From Vermamoeba vermiformis (lineage: Eukaryota): a stretch of 64,000 nt of DNA. Every line of letters begins with the position of its first letter. Within the stretch, counting starts at the first letter, position 1. Positions 1 to 13,123 of the stretch are shown piece by piece. Under the pieces are notes generated by a model. That model worked only from the letters and a program-made list of their open reading frames with translations. It had not been told where the DNA came from and did not search any database. Made by a program: the position numbers and the translations under genes. The stretch lies in assembly GCA_045837725.1 (NCBI GenBank), contig JBEWZL010000266.1, positions 124,001 to 188,000 of the forward strand. Reading direction: 5' to 3'.

Positions 1-2644
1 CCAAGAACTGCGGGTCATGTTGCAATTGGAACTTGTCTATGTGCACGTGCTTGATGCCACTGTCACGAATGGACGACTTGCGACGATTGGCCTTGACAGG
101 TGAAGTGTTCTTCGTGTGAATATTTACAGTGCTGTGCTTCTCGTACAACGAGGCCAGCTTCTCCATCAAGAACAGCACAAAGTCATTTGCAGTCTTGGCA
201 CTTGCTTTCTTCGATGACAGAGCGCGGAACAATGTCTTCTCGCGTTGCATGACTTTGCTGTCGATAGTCTCGTCGTTCCACGCGTTCAATAGCCACACGT
301 CCTCGCCGGTGAAATTTCGTACTTTGCTCTTCTCGATGAGACTGCTGTCGCGCTGTGCTTTCTCGGCCGAATGAGGACTGACGCTCCAGTCACGCAAGTT
401 GAAGTCTGGATCTGTTTGAATCAACTCTTCAATGAACGAGCACTTCTCTAACTTCAGTGCTAACTCTTGTAGCTTGCCGAGGATAACAAGCACCTCCTAA
501 TATCACGTGATTAGAGTGCGTCATTCGCGTCATAGTCGACGTACCGAAGTTGTCTTGGGCGTGTCTTCAACCGCTTTGAACAGCCGTGTCTTTTTGATGG
601 CCACTAGACACTGCAAGTCAAACAACGAGCGCAACAAATCCAAGCGTTTAATGCGCGGTTGAATAGCAATGGGCATCAGTCGTGGCGGGGTCTACAACAG
701 TTCATTTTAGAATTTGATTAGCACACGTTAGGATGTTACTTACCGTCATGCGATCATAGAATTGATTGACAGCTGGTGTGGCCTGATCAATGAACGAGTT
801 CATGTCCTGCAAGTACTGTTCTTTGGTGCCAAATCTCACGCCACTCGCCAAGTTTTGGATCACTTTGGCGATCAAAATCAATCGACGACGCATCTGCGGC
901 GGCACGAAATCTGTGCAAATATCAGAATCTGTACGACTACTAATTACAGAACAGTTGCTACATACCTGCCAAGCCGTACTCTTCAGGTGTCACGAGCGCT
1001 GAACAGAAAAATCTCAAAAATATAAAGCCACAAACACCTTCACGCCAACTGTCCTCTGATGGATACTTGTATCTAATGGCACATATTGCTGATTAGTAAA
1101 CTATTCAATAACATGTCTCGTGTGACTTACAGCACGATGCGTTTGATCTCAGAGCACAACACGCGCAAGGAAGCAGGACAGCGCGGCACGGAATTGACAA
1201 TGGCGTTCACGACCTCTTGACACCGTGCCGTTAGTCGCGCCATATTCGCTGCTATACGACGCGGTGTGGCGTCACTGCCGAGCTGCATCGGATCTACTTC
1301 AAGATCTTCGTGTGTGTTCGCTATAATACTCGCACAGAGTGGTTTTAACACGCGACACAAATATCTTCCGCCAATCTCGCGCGCAAAGTGTGAAATAATC
1401 TTCGTGGACACGCTGTTACGACGCAGCACAGTAGTCGCCATGTCTGGGGACTAGTTAGCGCTGTGTGATATAACACAGGTGTTATCAGTACGTACCTGAG
1501 TTGTGGACCTCGCGTTCAATGGCTTTAGTCAACAATTTAACGTGTCGTCCGTGGCAATGAAATATTCGGAACAAACTGCCGCTGATCTGCTCGGCGAAGC
1601 TGATGTCTGATAATACGACATTAGTGCTGTCATTAATAGCTGTATTTAATAGACTTTATAATGTTGCTAATTAGCTCCAATGTCAATGTGAAAAATCGTG
1701 CACTAATATCACAAAATAACATTATGATTTTTGTTCTGCATTAACGTGAATCGACACATCAATCACAATTGAGCAGTAGCACAATAGTTGATAATCATAT
1801 ATATGACATGGTGTTGCTTACTTCGATCACCGAGCTCGCACAGACCATTAAATATAACACCATCGTCTTCAATCAGCAGCTGAAAATCAATCGCAATTAG
1901 CACGATATTAATCGCATTAAACTACTCGCTATAATAGTGCTAACTGTATTATATCTCTAACGTACCTCAAACAGACCTTTGTGGGCCTCCATCAAGGTTA
2001 GTGTTTCAACTGCTAAAGGCGGAGTGTCTGGATCATCTTCTTTAGGCTGACGAGACTATTCAAAGGGATGTATTAATTATAAATATTACGAAAATATATA
2101 AATCGCGGCATTAGAATGGGAACAACCGCAGATCTAATGCCTCAAAGCAAAAAATAAAAAGAATTGCCAAGAGTCATCTTGAGCGTAAATATTCATTTTA
2201 TAATTGAATTGATATATTCATGCATAAATCTTGCCAATTTGGTCATATTTAATTCGTTCAATTGAAATTTTGCGACAATTTAATTTGGTAAATGGAGATA
2301 TTTGAAATAGTAATTATCAGCTGGTAATGCTTTTTAGCAATATATATGTTATAAATTTCATACTCGGTGCCCAGAACTTTTCCGCCTGCTGGATTTCGGC
2401 CGTTCGCGTTTTGAGGATTTCCTCCGATCTGTTGTAAAGTCAGAAAATGCTGTTGCAATCCTTCACAATACGTGCCTTTTGACTGTTTATCATCTTTTCC
2501 TCCCAAGCGATCAATTAGTGTCTCTAATTTCTCTGCGATTCTCCAATCTGGTGGGGGAGGTGGTGGCGGAGCTGGAGGGGGTGGTGGAGGTGGCGCGGGG
2601 ATAGCAGATGATACTGCGTCCTTAGCGCTCGAGTGTGGGTCCAT
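1..2644 (-). CDS. Ras GTPase-activating protein (RasGAP domain) with N-terminal poly-proline; multi-exon, 3' end runs off the window
   Basis: Exon translations include ATTVLRRNSVSTKIISHFAREIGGRYL..., LEVDP and RRRLILIAKVIQNLASGVRFGTKEQYL, which are neurofibromin/GAP1-type RasGAP motifs. The ATG at 2644 opens a poly-Pro first exon. The junctions of the first exons are uncertain. Confidence 0.85.
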
Positions 2645-3309
2645 TCTCCGCTAAATTAAATTTTATGATTCAGATCCAAATTTGAACCGCCTTGTGCAGC
2701 ACAAAATTTTGTTGTTATCGACATGCAATTGCGAATGAAGATGTCACTAGTTACAACCGCTCAATTAATCCATTAAGACAATCATTTCAAAGTAAATTTA
2801 CGTTGAATAAGTCCGTTCAACTAAGTTATAACCAGGATCTAAATAAAAATTATCCGCCCCAAAAGGATTACCTTAGATTGATGTTAAACTAGTATACTTT
2901 CCTGTGCGCTAGATATGAGCATTCACTTCAATTAAAAGCTTGCAATAGAAGCAAGGGTCAAAAATGACAACTCGACATCTGCACGTTGTAACGACATTTT
3001 TAGCTTCAAGCAGTAAAAAATAACGTGAATTAAATTTATTCAAGATATATTATAAGAGAGATTACAGGCGAACCAAACTAATCACCAGCGGAAGTTATGA
3101 AATTGAGGCAAAGTCCACAATTAGAATCAAGGTGTTTTATTTCGCATTACAATTAAATAGGGTTGAGATTAATATTTACATCAAATAACAAACTGAGGTA
3201 AATGAAAAGTAAATTAAAGTTATTAAAAAGGAAAGTGGTTGGTTTTGTAGCAGCATTCAATTTCAAAGCATTATTGAACGATCTTAGAGTGCGTCATATT
3301 TAATGCTGC

Positions 3310-4173
3310 TTAATTGTACGATCCCTCACCGCTTTCGTCTTCAGGATCTGTATCCAAAGCAGCTTGTTGCTGACGCTCAAACTCTTCAATGTATCGATCA
3401 ATGTCATCGTCGTCATCTTCTACGATATTCAGCTCGTTCATCATTTGTGCAGTCATTGCTAGATCCACTTGGTGGCGCGCTGCATCCTTTTCGTCTTCGA
3501 GCATCTCCATAAAGAAAATTTTCCAAGGCAAGCTGTCTTCAGTCTTTTTGTATTTGCCCGATTTATAGGCCGGGTGATTAGTAGCCAAAGACATCCACAA
3601 ATCGTTCTCTTCGGTGACGTACATCCAGCGTCTTGAGACTTCCGAAAGATGCACGATCATCTTGTAGTCTTGCAAGAAGGAGAAGATCTTGACGATCAAA
3701 ATGTCGGGTATCCTGTCCATAGGCGCGAATGAGGCATATTCGGGGTTGTTAAAGACCTGCAAATAATGCGCAGGATCAATCCAGTATTGCTGTTGTTGAT
3801 CGGCGGCATAGTAGTTCTGATATTGCTGCGATTGATATTGATTGTTATAGTCGTAGCCATATTGTTGTTGTTGGTATTGTTGTTGATTGCCGTAGTAATA
3901 GTTCGAGCCTTGTTGGTACTGCTGATGCGATTGGGAATAATTGTTGTTGTATCCATAATTATCGCTATTATTGTAATAATAATTATTGTTGTAATTGTGC
4001 TTATTGCTGTAATGATGTCCGCCGCTCTGATTATCATAGCGATTATTATTATAATTGTTGTAATTATTATTTGATCGACCGCGTCCACCACGACCTCCGC
4101 GACCTCCACGGTAATTGTTATTGCCGCCAGAGTTATTGTTATATCCACCTCGTCCACCACGCTTGTTATACAT
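3310..4173 (-). CDS. F-box protein with N-terminal RGG and N/Q/Y-rich low-complexity region and acidic C-terminus
   Basis: Intronless 287-aa ORF. The F-box motif MDRIPDILIVKIFSFLQDYKMIVHLSEVSRRW...LW follows RGGRGG repeats and an N/Y/Q tract. Confidence 0.85.
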   Translation of the reverse strand: MYNKRGGRGGYNNNSGGNNNYRGGRGGRGGRGRSNNNYNNYNNNRYDNQSGGHHYSNKHNYNNNYYYNNSDNYGYNNNYSQSHQQYQQGSNYYYGNQQQYQQQQYGYDYNNQYQSQQYQNYYAADQQQQYWIDPAHYLQVFNNPEYASFAPMDRIPDILIVKIFSFLQDYKMIVHLSEVSRRWMYVTEENDLWMSLATNHPAYKSGKYKKTEDSLPWKIFFMEMLEDEKDAARHQVDLAMTAQMMNELNIVEDDDDDIDRYIEEFERQQQAALDTDPEDESGEGSYN

Positions 4174-4418
4174 CGCTTGTGCTGTTCTTCAAGAATATTT
4201 TGAATTAATGCAAAAAAAAATTACCGTTATTAACACGCAGAAAAACACGTGATATTTGGACTGCAGTACAATCTGCTCCATGATCTTTCGAGAATTATTT
4301 ATTGTCATATTAATGTATATATTTTACATAGGGTTTATAATACAAGGATTTTCTCTTTACAAAACTGAGTAGATCTCGTAACCAGGTCGAAAACGAGGCC
4401 TATTCTCGCTAAATAAGC

Positions 4419-5638
4419 TTACAATAGATGCGAAAAGATTTGAATTGCCTTTTCTTTCTCTTCTTCTGACAGGTTTTCGTTCTCAAAGACAAAGTCGCGT
4501 ACTTTGAGCGAGAGTGAGTGGCACTCGAGTTGCTCATCCAGTTTGACGGTCAGTTCCCATGTGAATCGATAAGGATGTTCCGCGCCTTTCAATGTACGTT
4601 GTTTGCGTCGATGAACTACGACTAGTCGCTCTGTGTCTTTAACAACCTTGGGCAAATTGATATCGATTGTCCAACCTCCTTCAGCACCTTTAGAAATAGA
4701 ATTAATGAATGGCCGTGGTAATGAGATCGTATCGTCATTAAATCCAATTAATCGTTCATTAAATAACTTTGAATAAAAAATAGTAATCGAAAATATTTGA
4801 GGCACGCTTAGTTGACATTGCTTTACCCTTCAAATTAATTTTGATAATAAATTCAAACGTGAAACATATAATACTATGCAATATATACGATGCCATAGCG
4901 ATAACAAAATAAATAAATTAAATAAAAGGCGTACCTTTGAGATCACCGAGCATAACTCCTTTGCTGAACGAGAGGAAGTTTATACTTGTAATTGCCGGTG
5001 CAATAAAGCTTTGGTTAATAATCTTCAATACTTTAACAATCGCCGGCGCGTCTCGCAGCACATCTAACAGTCCATCCAAAAACATGTAACCGCTTGGTGT
5101 AGTTACAGTTGAGTTTGTAAACTGTCCTTCTATTTTTGCGGGTAGTTCATTATTTCCAGATTCTAGTTCGTTTGCTAATACTGTAAGAAACTTTCGTAGC
5201 TGATCGGCGAGCGAATGATCGGGATTGGAGAATGAAACTGATTTTTCATCGCGAATGTTAATCGTCACATGTCGCACCAATCTATATTTGAAGAGTTATT
5301 ATAATTACAATACATAACGAATTATTTGCGGAATAATATTTGTCTTATTATGTATTAAATTACCTAGGCAAATCTGCAGCGACTGGCAGCTCGGCGATAG
5401 ACTTGCGTAGTGTGACCTTAGTTTCATCTTGCCAATTAAATTGCTTTTTAATATCTTTCTTGTTATTTTCAGGAGTTGGGGGATGTGGCTTCGTGGGCTG
5501 TTCTGTCTTGCGGTTGAATAGCTTGTTGATAACATACAATGCAATTGCGCCGGTACATGCCACGGCTATCATAGTAGTAATGCGTGACATATAATCGACT
5601 AGTTCGGACTGTGACATGAATGGAACTGTAGTGCTCAC
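4419..5638 (-). CDS. Hypothetical protein with N-terminal hydrophobic anchor; C-terminal part may resemble amoebal glfB-C-type domains (3 exons)
   Basis: Three same-strand ORFs (5360-5638, 4918-5280, 4419-4805) are separated by AT-rich GT-AG introns. The segment IAVACTGAIALYVI is TM-like. Motifs LRKFL..LA, IINQS.IAPA and W.IDI...VVHRRKQ...F.WEL are recalled from amoebal proteins and are unverified. The start codon is uncertain. Confidence 0.55.
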
Positions 5639-6156
5639 AAGTCGAAGATAAAATTAATCAGCGCAGCTATCAATCAATCAATTGTTGTTCGTTTAACCAC
5701 AACAAGGATACAACGTAAACGCGCAAACGCACCCTAAAATAACTGCGGTGGATTGTTGCACCAGGTGCTAAAAATGAATTGCTCCGCTTCTCGTGACAGA
5801 GCATCTATCGAATATCACAGCCGAACAAGTTTTGGCCCATACCGTAACGATAATAATAATAATAATATCTAGGAGAATTATCATCGCGACGATCGATAAC
5901 AATACAATGTTGATCGGATCTCCATCGGTCTCTACATCAGCTCACAACGAACTCATTGACCAATGGATGAGCATTACTTCGCCGACATCGTAGCACTTAA
6001 TCTCCCACCTCTTCGTTCCCGCAAATCTCGCAACGGATAGCTCAAGTTAGTTACCGTTACGCGAGGCAACGAAAAAAAAAGCGCAAAAAAATTAGTTCGT
6101 TCAATTTCCCTTCTCAACGTGTTTACGATACCACACGACGTCAAATATCTGACAAC

Positions 6157-7481
6157 ATGCCGCCTAAAGCACAGCCCGAGCATCCGACTTACAAGGAAAT
6201 GATCGTTAAGGCCATCGCCGATCTCAAAGATCGCAAGGGCTCTTCGCGCATTGCCATTAAGAAGTACATTCTCGCTAACTACACCGTGATCGATAACGGC
6301 AGTCATCGTGCGCGATTGAATAAAACATTGACGTAAGTTGATCACTTGTGCGAAGCAACAAAATGCATTTTTCGAAAGCATCCGCCGAAACGACTTTAAA
6401 AATTCTCACCTTCCTTTAATAGAAAAATGGTTGAAGAAGGTGTGTTGACTTTGAATCCCAGCCACATGGGATGCTACAAATTGGTCGACAAAGATGAAGC
6501 AAGGGCTGTCAGAACTAGAACTCCTCGCACGAAATCTGATGCCGCCGAGAAGGCAGCTCCCAAGTCTGAGGAAGAAAAGACTGCGTCAAAGTCGCCCGCC
6601 AAGTCTTCTCCTAAAAAGACTGCCGCTAAAAAGGCACCTGGTACGTGTATTGAAGTTCGCGTTCGGAGCCCATCTGACCGCAACGTTGCACAGGAACCGG
6701 CAAGAAGCCAACCAGAAAGCCTGCTGCCAAGAAGACAACATCTCCTAAAAAAACTGCTTCTCCTAAGAAGGCTGCCTCACCAAAGAAAGCTACTTCGCCT
6801 AAAAAGGAAGCTGAACCTGCTGTCGAAAAGATGGATCTGACTACCGAAGAGGCGAAGAACGAAGCACCACAAGAGAAGGCTGTTGCAAAGAAGGGAGGTA
6901 GAGGCAAGACTGCCGGCAAGGCTGCTTCACCCAAGAAGGCCAGCCTTAAGAAGCCCCCTGGCACCAAGAAGCCTGCAACTAGCCCTAAGAAAGCTGCTTC
7001 TCCTAAGAAGGCAGCAACTGCTGGTGCTAATAAAGCTTCACCCAAGAAAGAAACACCCGCTAGTCCCAAGAAAGAAACTGCGGCCGCTCCCGAAGCTACT
7101 GTTCCTCCCCCTGAGACTAAGAAGGCCGCTGGTGCGGGCAAGAAACAAAAGGCTGCTTCACCCAAGAAGGCCAGCCCTAAGAAAGCTCCACCAAAGAAGG
7201 TTGCTTCACCAAAGAAAGCTACTTCGCCTAAAAAGGAAGCTGAACCTGTTGTCGAAAAGATGGATTTGACCACCGAAGAGGTGAAGACCGAAGCACCACA
7301 AGAGAAGGCTGTTGCAAAGAAGGGAGGTAGAGGCAAGGCTCCCTCGCCCAAGAAGGCCAGTCCTAAGAAGCCCGCTGCCCCTGGTACCAAGAAGACCGCA
7401 GCTAGTCCCAAGAAAGCTACGCCTAAGAAGACTGCCACTGCTTCACCACGAAAGAGTGGACGAACAGCGACTAAGAAATAA
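6157..7481 (+). CDS. Linker histone H1 (winged-helix H15 domain plus long SPKK-repeat tail)
   Basis: ATG at 6157 gives [42 protein letters not shown], the H1 globular domain signature. Introns 6333-6422 and 6641-6693 restore the frame into a K/A/P tail with many SPKK motifs. Stop at 7479-7481. Confidence 0.93.
6777..7337 (+). repeat. 132-bp direct repeat within the H1 tail (6777-6908 and 7206-7337)
   Basis: The two copies, tcaccaaagaaagctacttcgcc...gaggtagaggcaag, are 429 nt apart (in frame) and differ at about 5 positions. Confidence 0.95.
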
Positions 7482-7654
7482 CTTCACCACCACGATAACG
7501 AACCCTAATTCCAATCCATCCCTTCCACCATAACCCCGATGTGCTATATTATAATATAATGTACAATATAAAGTAAAACGAAACCTTAATCATACATGCT
7601 GGCTCGGTCATTATTTACAAGTCGCCGTGTACATATTTTACAAGTAGTTCGCAA

Positions 7655-8721
7655 TTATTTTGTCTTTTGTCGTTTAGTTGCTGTGCTCTCTTCGGGCTCG
7701 CCGTCAGCGGGTCGCTAATAGGGTGATTAGAACATTACTTAGAAACAACGTCGACTTACCTTCAGAGGGTTAGCAGCATTAGTATTTGCGTTGGCTGGTT
7801 GTGCTGGTTTCGGCAACGGATACTGAGCGGTGCTTAGTACTGGCGAGCAATGACAGAGCGAGGACACAGACATACCTTTTGAGCTAAAGTACGCAGCACT
7901 TGTTCAACTTTCTTCGGATCTTTGCCGAGGTATTTAGAGCTGGTCTCTTTCGGTGCCAGTGTGTCACCGAACTTGTCTTTGTTCCACTGATAATTGGTGA
8001 TTGGATCAAAGTCGACAAACTCTGAAATCTCTTTGAACGCGTTGTGCAAGTGAAACACGCTTTTGACCTGCGATTGACACGAGACTGTAGTCAGTACTAT
8101 TGACCGTATAATAAGGTAAATATAATATACACGTACTAGGCGAGAGTTACACACTGATCGCAGCGAGGGTGCTTGATAAATAACGCTGTCTATAATATAA
8201 TAAGTGCTCAAAGGTGTCACTTTGTCCGGACTGTCGCGCAGCTGTTTCTTAATCACAAATAAATTCGGCTCTTGACACGAGTGCAGCACGTATTCTTTGC
8301 CCGTCATAGTCCTATAATGCAAGGTGTTATGAATGTGAGAGTTAATGAGGGGTTTGGCGTACCTCATGACGGCTTCGATTTGGTCTGGTGGGATCCGCTG
8401 CATACGACAAACTAATAATATTTATGACATTAATATAATATTTGTATTCAGTTATGTGAGGTATTCAGCAGTGTGAAGTAGACAAATATAAAAAATAATA
8501 AATATTTGAAATTGTTCTGCCGGCAGTAACAGTGAAGCGTATTTTGCATGCAATAATTTACAAATATTATTACCTTCATTATTGCACGTTCGTTCGTAAA
8601 AAGGAGAGTTTGCAAAGTAATCCAAAGCGTTCTCTTTGGTGACAAGCCCAACAAACTGGAGCCACTGGTGATCAATTGAAGATACATTGGTTAAGTCCTC
8701 TTCAGGCTCTATGTTCGCCAT
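7655..8721 (-). CDS. MED6: Mediator complex subunit 6
   Basis: Motifs ENALDYFANSPFYERTCNNE, MTGKEYVL...EPNLFVIKKQ.R and PLSTYYIIDSVIYQAPSLRSVCNSRL. Several GT-AG introns. Confidence 0.93.
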
Positions 8722-8934
8722 TCTGCCGAGTTGAGTTGTCGTGCTCCTGATCCACGGATAAAAAACTACTGCACACAACTTACCCTCCAAGCATCGTAGA
8801 TCTGTAGGCAGTAGACTGAACGACACGAATTTAACTCGACTTTTGATAGTCGGCCCGGCTACCAGGAGTAAGGCACAGCAAGACTTCTTAGTGTAATTTT
8901 AGTTTAACTCTCAGATCTCAAATACAACGACACA

Positions 8935-9804
8935 ATGGCAGATAATATTGTTGGTAAGTTGAAACCCTAATAATATCTAATGTTATGATCTTAACGTTTC
9001 ACCTGCGTCACAGTGCCCCGTAACTTCAGATTGCTTGAAGAACTCGAAAGAGGAGAAAAGGGTTTGGAAGGCGATGGAAGCATTTCTTATGGCCTCGATA
9101 ACAACTCAGATATGCTAATGTCAGATTGGATTGGTACTATTATTGGCCCGCCTGGCGTAAGTCTTTTAAAATTGAAAATAATTTCTTAAATAACCGATGC
9201 ATTTTTATTTGTGCTCAAAATTATGCAATATCGTTTCTGATCGTTCAATAATATAATTTACATATTTAATGTATTTTTTTCGGTTATTGTATGGAATTAG
9301 AATCGTAATTTCTGTCAAGGGAGCTGATAATTTTATTCTACTGGTTGATCTCGTTATTTATTCATTCTATCAATAGACTAAGCACGAAGGACGTATTTAC
9401 ACTGTTAAATTGCACTGCGGCAATGACTACCCCGAAAAGGCTCCTAAAGTCAAATTTTTCTCTCGCATCAACATGGGATGTGTTAACCAAAGCAACGGTG
9501 AGGTACGTGCACGAATCGAATCGTTTATTCATGCATTTGGAAGTCATATCTTACTATGCAAAATGTCATTTACTTGCCAAGAGTATTACGACACTTCTGG
9601 AAGCAGTTTTCAGTGCTGCGGTTCATTTGATTATTATTATCATTATTAACAAATATTTGTATATGACAGGTCCTTAATTTGAACTCATTGAAGGCATGGA
9701 AGCGCGATTACAACATTGAAACCGTTTTGAAAGACTTGTACAAAGAAATGCAAAGTCCTGCGAACAGAAATCTCAACCAACCCGCTGAAGGCACTAATTT
9801 TTAA
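8935..9804 (+). CDS. MMS2: Ubiquitin-conjugating enzyme variant (UEV1/MMS2)
   Basis: Spliced product [26 protein letters not shown]...[16 protein letters not shown]...[20 protein letters not shown]...[11 protein letters not shown]. Introns at 8954-9012, 9157-9376 and 9503-9670. Confidence 0.95.
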
Positions 9805-10038
9805 CGGGACTGAATGCGACACAGCTGTTTAGGACTGCACTGTTATAGACACACCACTTGTAACCAACACCCGAGCTGAAGAAATAAACTACGGTTCTTA
9901 GACTAATCGCTGCATGTTGTTTTTGCTGAGTAATAGCGGTTAGTGGCTCTTATATATTCACGACAAGTCATGACGTGGCAGGGAGTTCGATAAAATTTGG
10001 TGTTGATCCAAAAACACAATTGTTAGCACAAACACACG

Positions 10039-10707
10039 ATGAGCACCACTAACAAACCGGCCGAAGATGATTGCTCTGGATGTGACGCATTAGGAGTATT
10101 TAAACAAATGACTGCTGGCTTGCCAAATAAGGGACAGAATAACAAGGCAAATAACACGAGTGGATCTGACACGCCGAAGAAAACAAATTATAATGAAAAT
10201 AAGAAAACTAATGCCTCTGAGAAGCCGAGCAATGGTATTTGCATTGGAAATAATATTATTAATTTTGGTTATAATTTTACGAATTCGTAAACTCACTTCA
10301 CGTCCTACAAACACAATTCAACCCTCAAAGGAACTAACCAACTCATATTTACAGATGAGTTTTGGGAGAAAGAGTCGCCGCCCGATATTATCGAACTAGG
10401 CCGATCTGGATGGACTGTGCTCCACTCCGTCGCCGCGTATTTCCCTGAAAAGCCAACAGAAGACAACAAAAAAGATGCAGTCAATTTCCTCAACGGATTT
10501 GCACGACTGTTCCCTTGCAAAACCTGCGCAAAAGATTTTCAAGAAGTTTTAGAGCGACATCCGCCTCGTGTTGATACTCGAAAAGACTTTAACATGTGGA
10601 TGTGCGAAGCTCATAATGAAGTCAACCAGAAACTTGGCAAACCACTGTTTGATTGCAGCACTATTGAAGATCGATGGAAGGCGGCAGTTAAAAAGCACAG
10701 CGCGTAG
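10039..10707 (+). CDS. ERV1: FAD-linked sulfhydryl oxidase Erv1/ALR
   Basis: N-terminal CSGC shuttle motif and core PPDIIELGRSGWTVLHSVAAYFP...FPCKTCAKDF...WMCEAHNEVNQKLGKPLFDC. One intron at about 10234-10353. Confidence 0.95.
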
Positions 10708-10885
10708 ATCCAGCTAAATAAATTGTACAGTTAAAATTCTCATCGGGCAGTTGTTAATATAATTGTACCAACTCTATCACAACAATAAGGCTGATCGCAA
10801 TGTAATCCGAAAAGAGTTTTTAATTCCGCATACCCTTGATAAGACAAAATTCAAGGATAATTAAGTTGACATAGAAGTTATTAAA

Positions 10886-13123
10886 TTAGTTGTTGCCAGT
10901 GCGCTTCAAAGCACCCAATGTCTCGACCAAGAAAGTCAAATCATCTTCGTCAGACAACTCGCCCACAGCTCCAGTCGTGCTATCGTTCACGTCGTTGGTC
11001 TCGTTGGCTTCTTCTTCCGGACTGTCGTCCTCATCATCGTTGTCACCTTGGAATGAAGCTCGATCGTGGCCAGTGATACGAATACGCACGGGTCTCAAGC
11101 ACTCCTCGCGCTCCTTAGTCAAACGTTCAAGTTTCTCTTGGTCTTCGGGTGTCAAAGTGCCTGACTTGCGGTGCATCTTGAGCATGTTGATCAACTTGTC
11201 GATCTTACGCAACTGCAAGATAGAGAGGTGAGTCAAGGGCTAATGAACTTGGTGGCAAACAAGACTACTTACGTATCTGTAAGGCCACTTCCTGCGCGTG
11301 CACTCTTTGAATCGTTTGCACAACATCGACTCTGAGATACCGAGCTTAGCAGCTGCTTCTTTTTGAGGAAGAACGAGCAAATCAGTAATATCAACGTAGG
11401 TGCAGTTGCCTGACGGCGAATCACCGTTGAAGTTGTCGCTGGCATTGAAGTTGTCGTTGTACAACACACTGTTGGAGGATTGATTGGGATTGTAAATCAT
11501 GTTTTCACTGCTCTTGGCGCGCTTGGGGATACGAGGACGCGAAGGACTTTCGCTCAACATAAAGTTCAGTGTGATGTTGTGCGGATCTCTGTTGTCAGCC
11601 TTTGAGATAGCAATAGGAGAAGACAGCGGGGTGCTAGCAGCTGAGCCGTCGCTCTTAACAGGGCTTTCAGGTTCAGTGAGTTGAGAAGGTACTCCTATTT
11701 TCATGTATTAGGAAATTATGACAATTTTAAATCCGTAATCAGTTCTCACTCTTTCTCTTGTTGATGCGTGATTGGACATGCAATGGCGCCGACTTAACGG
11801 GCTCACCAATATTTACAACTTTGCCCAATTCATCTGCGTATTCAAGCTGGAATTGAATGATGAATGCTTGGTGTTGGTGTTTGGAGGAAACTTCCATTAT
11901 CTTCAATTTTGAGAATGAGGCTATGCCATCAGCCTGCACGACGACAGTGCGTTGTCCCTATAAAAGAGTTCTTATAAGTCCCAAGAAAAACTTTGCTGCA
12001 ATTTAATTTTAAAATTGATTTGATCCGCATTACGAAGATTTTGCTGTTAATTGAATTCACTTACTTGCAGAATCTCTTGCTTATTGTCGAGTGTCTTGTT
12101 AATGATTGTATCACTGAGAGTTAAAATCAGTGTGGAAGTCACACGCAAGCGTCCTTGTCTGAAAGTTGCGTTAGTAAGATGTCGGGAAGCTTGAGTGCAA
12201 GCAACGTACCTAGCAATAGGGAGCAATGCTTCATCGGCTAAATACACGTTCACGGGAGGTTCTAAGTATTTGTTGGCGACTACATTGCCGCGGATCGTCA
12301 TATCTACCCTCAACGGACGAACGAATTTGTCGAGATCGATGGGAGGTGAAGGTGCAATGGGTGTTTGCTGTTCGATCTTAATTTCAGGAATAGCAGGAGT
12401 GGGTTCAGTAACCATATTAGTGAGGCCACTGCCAAAGAGAACTTGTTGGAAGAATCTGGACGTTGGTTGTTAGATAAGGTGCCTAATGACTAGCGGATAA
12501 ATGTTGTAAATTAATTAATATTATATCGCAAATTGCCTCACTTGGAATTGAATAGCAAGTAAATTTCAGATTTTGATGCCGATTACAAGTTCGGGTTCAA
12601 TTTCAGAAGAAATATAGGAAAAAAGAATTTAAATAATATATCCTTACCCCTCCGATTTAAAGGCGGCTTTATCGTCTCTAGAAATAAGAGTAGAAAGGGC
12701 TTTGCTTTTGAACTCCCAAATACTTTTCAACTCCTCTTGCACTGAGTCTGGAGGTGGGGCGGTAGCAGCAGGTACTTCTTGTTCTGGCTGTTTGTCTTTC
12801 AAAATCCATGTCTTTAACATTTGCAAAAGCTCGGACTCTCTTTGATTGTAATACTCGATCTGCTTCAACATCTCTCGAGGCGAGGTGCCGTCATCACTTG
12901 TAGACATATTTGAGTTCTCGTTCAATAAGGTGCTTTTAATTTCCATTGACGACGTATTGCTGGAAGGAGTATTGGCCCGAGGTAGAAATTGAATCGATCT
13001 TGTTAAATCATCAAGAGTTGGCATTGCTTGCGGAGCCCCATTTTGATTTAGCGTCAGGTGGTGAGGCAATAAAATATTTTCATTTTGATTAAGGGATTGG
13101 GCCCCGTTGCCGTTATTCATCAT
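10886..13123 (-). CDS. RWP-RK domain transcription factor with an additional central beta-rich domain
   Basis: DITDLLVLPQKEAAAKLGISESMLCKRFKECTRRKWPYR|YLRKIDKLI is an RWP-RK (KWPYR variant) domain. Upstream exons at 11739-12415 encode a further folded domain. Multiple introns. Confidence 0.88.

Noticed and set aside
3696-4160. Ile/Thr-rich and Ile/Val-rich ORFs overlapping the F-box gene
   Set aside because: They are alternative-frame or antisense shadows of the N/Y/Q codon repeats.
9157-9670. Longer introns in MMS2 as possible snoRNA hosts
   Set aside because: No convincing C/D box pair or H/ACA architecture was seen.
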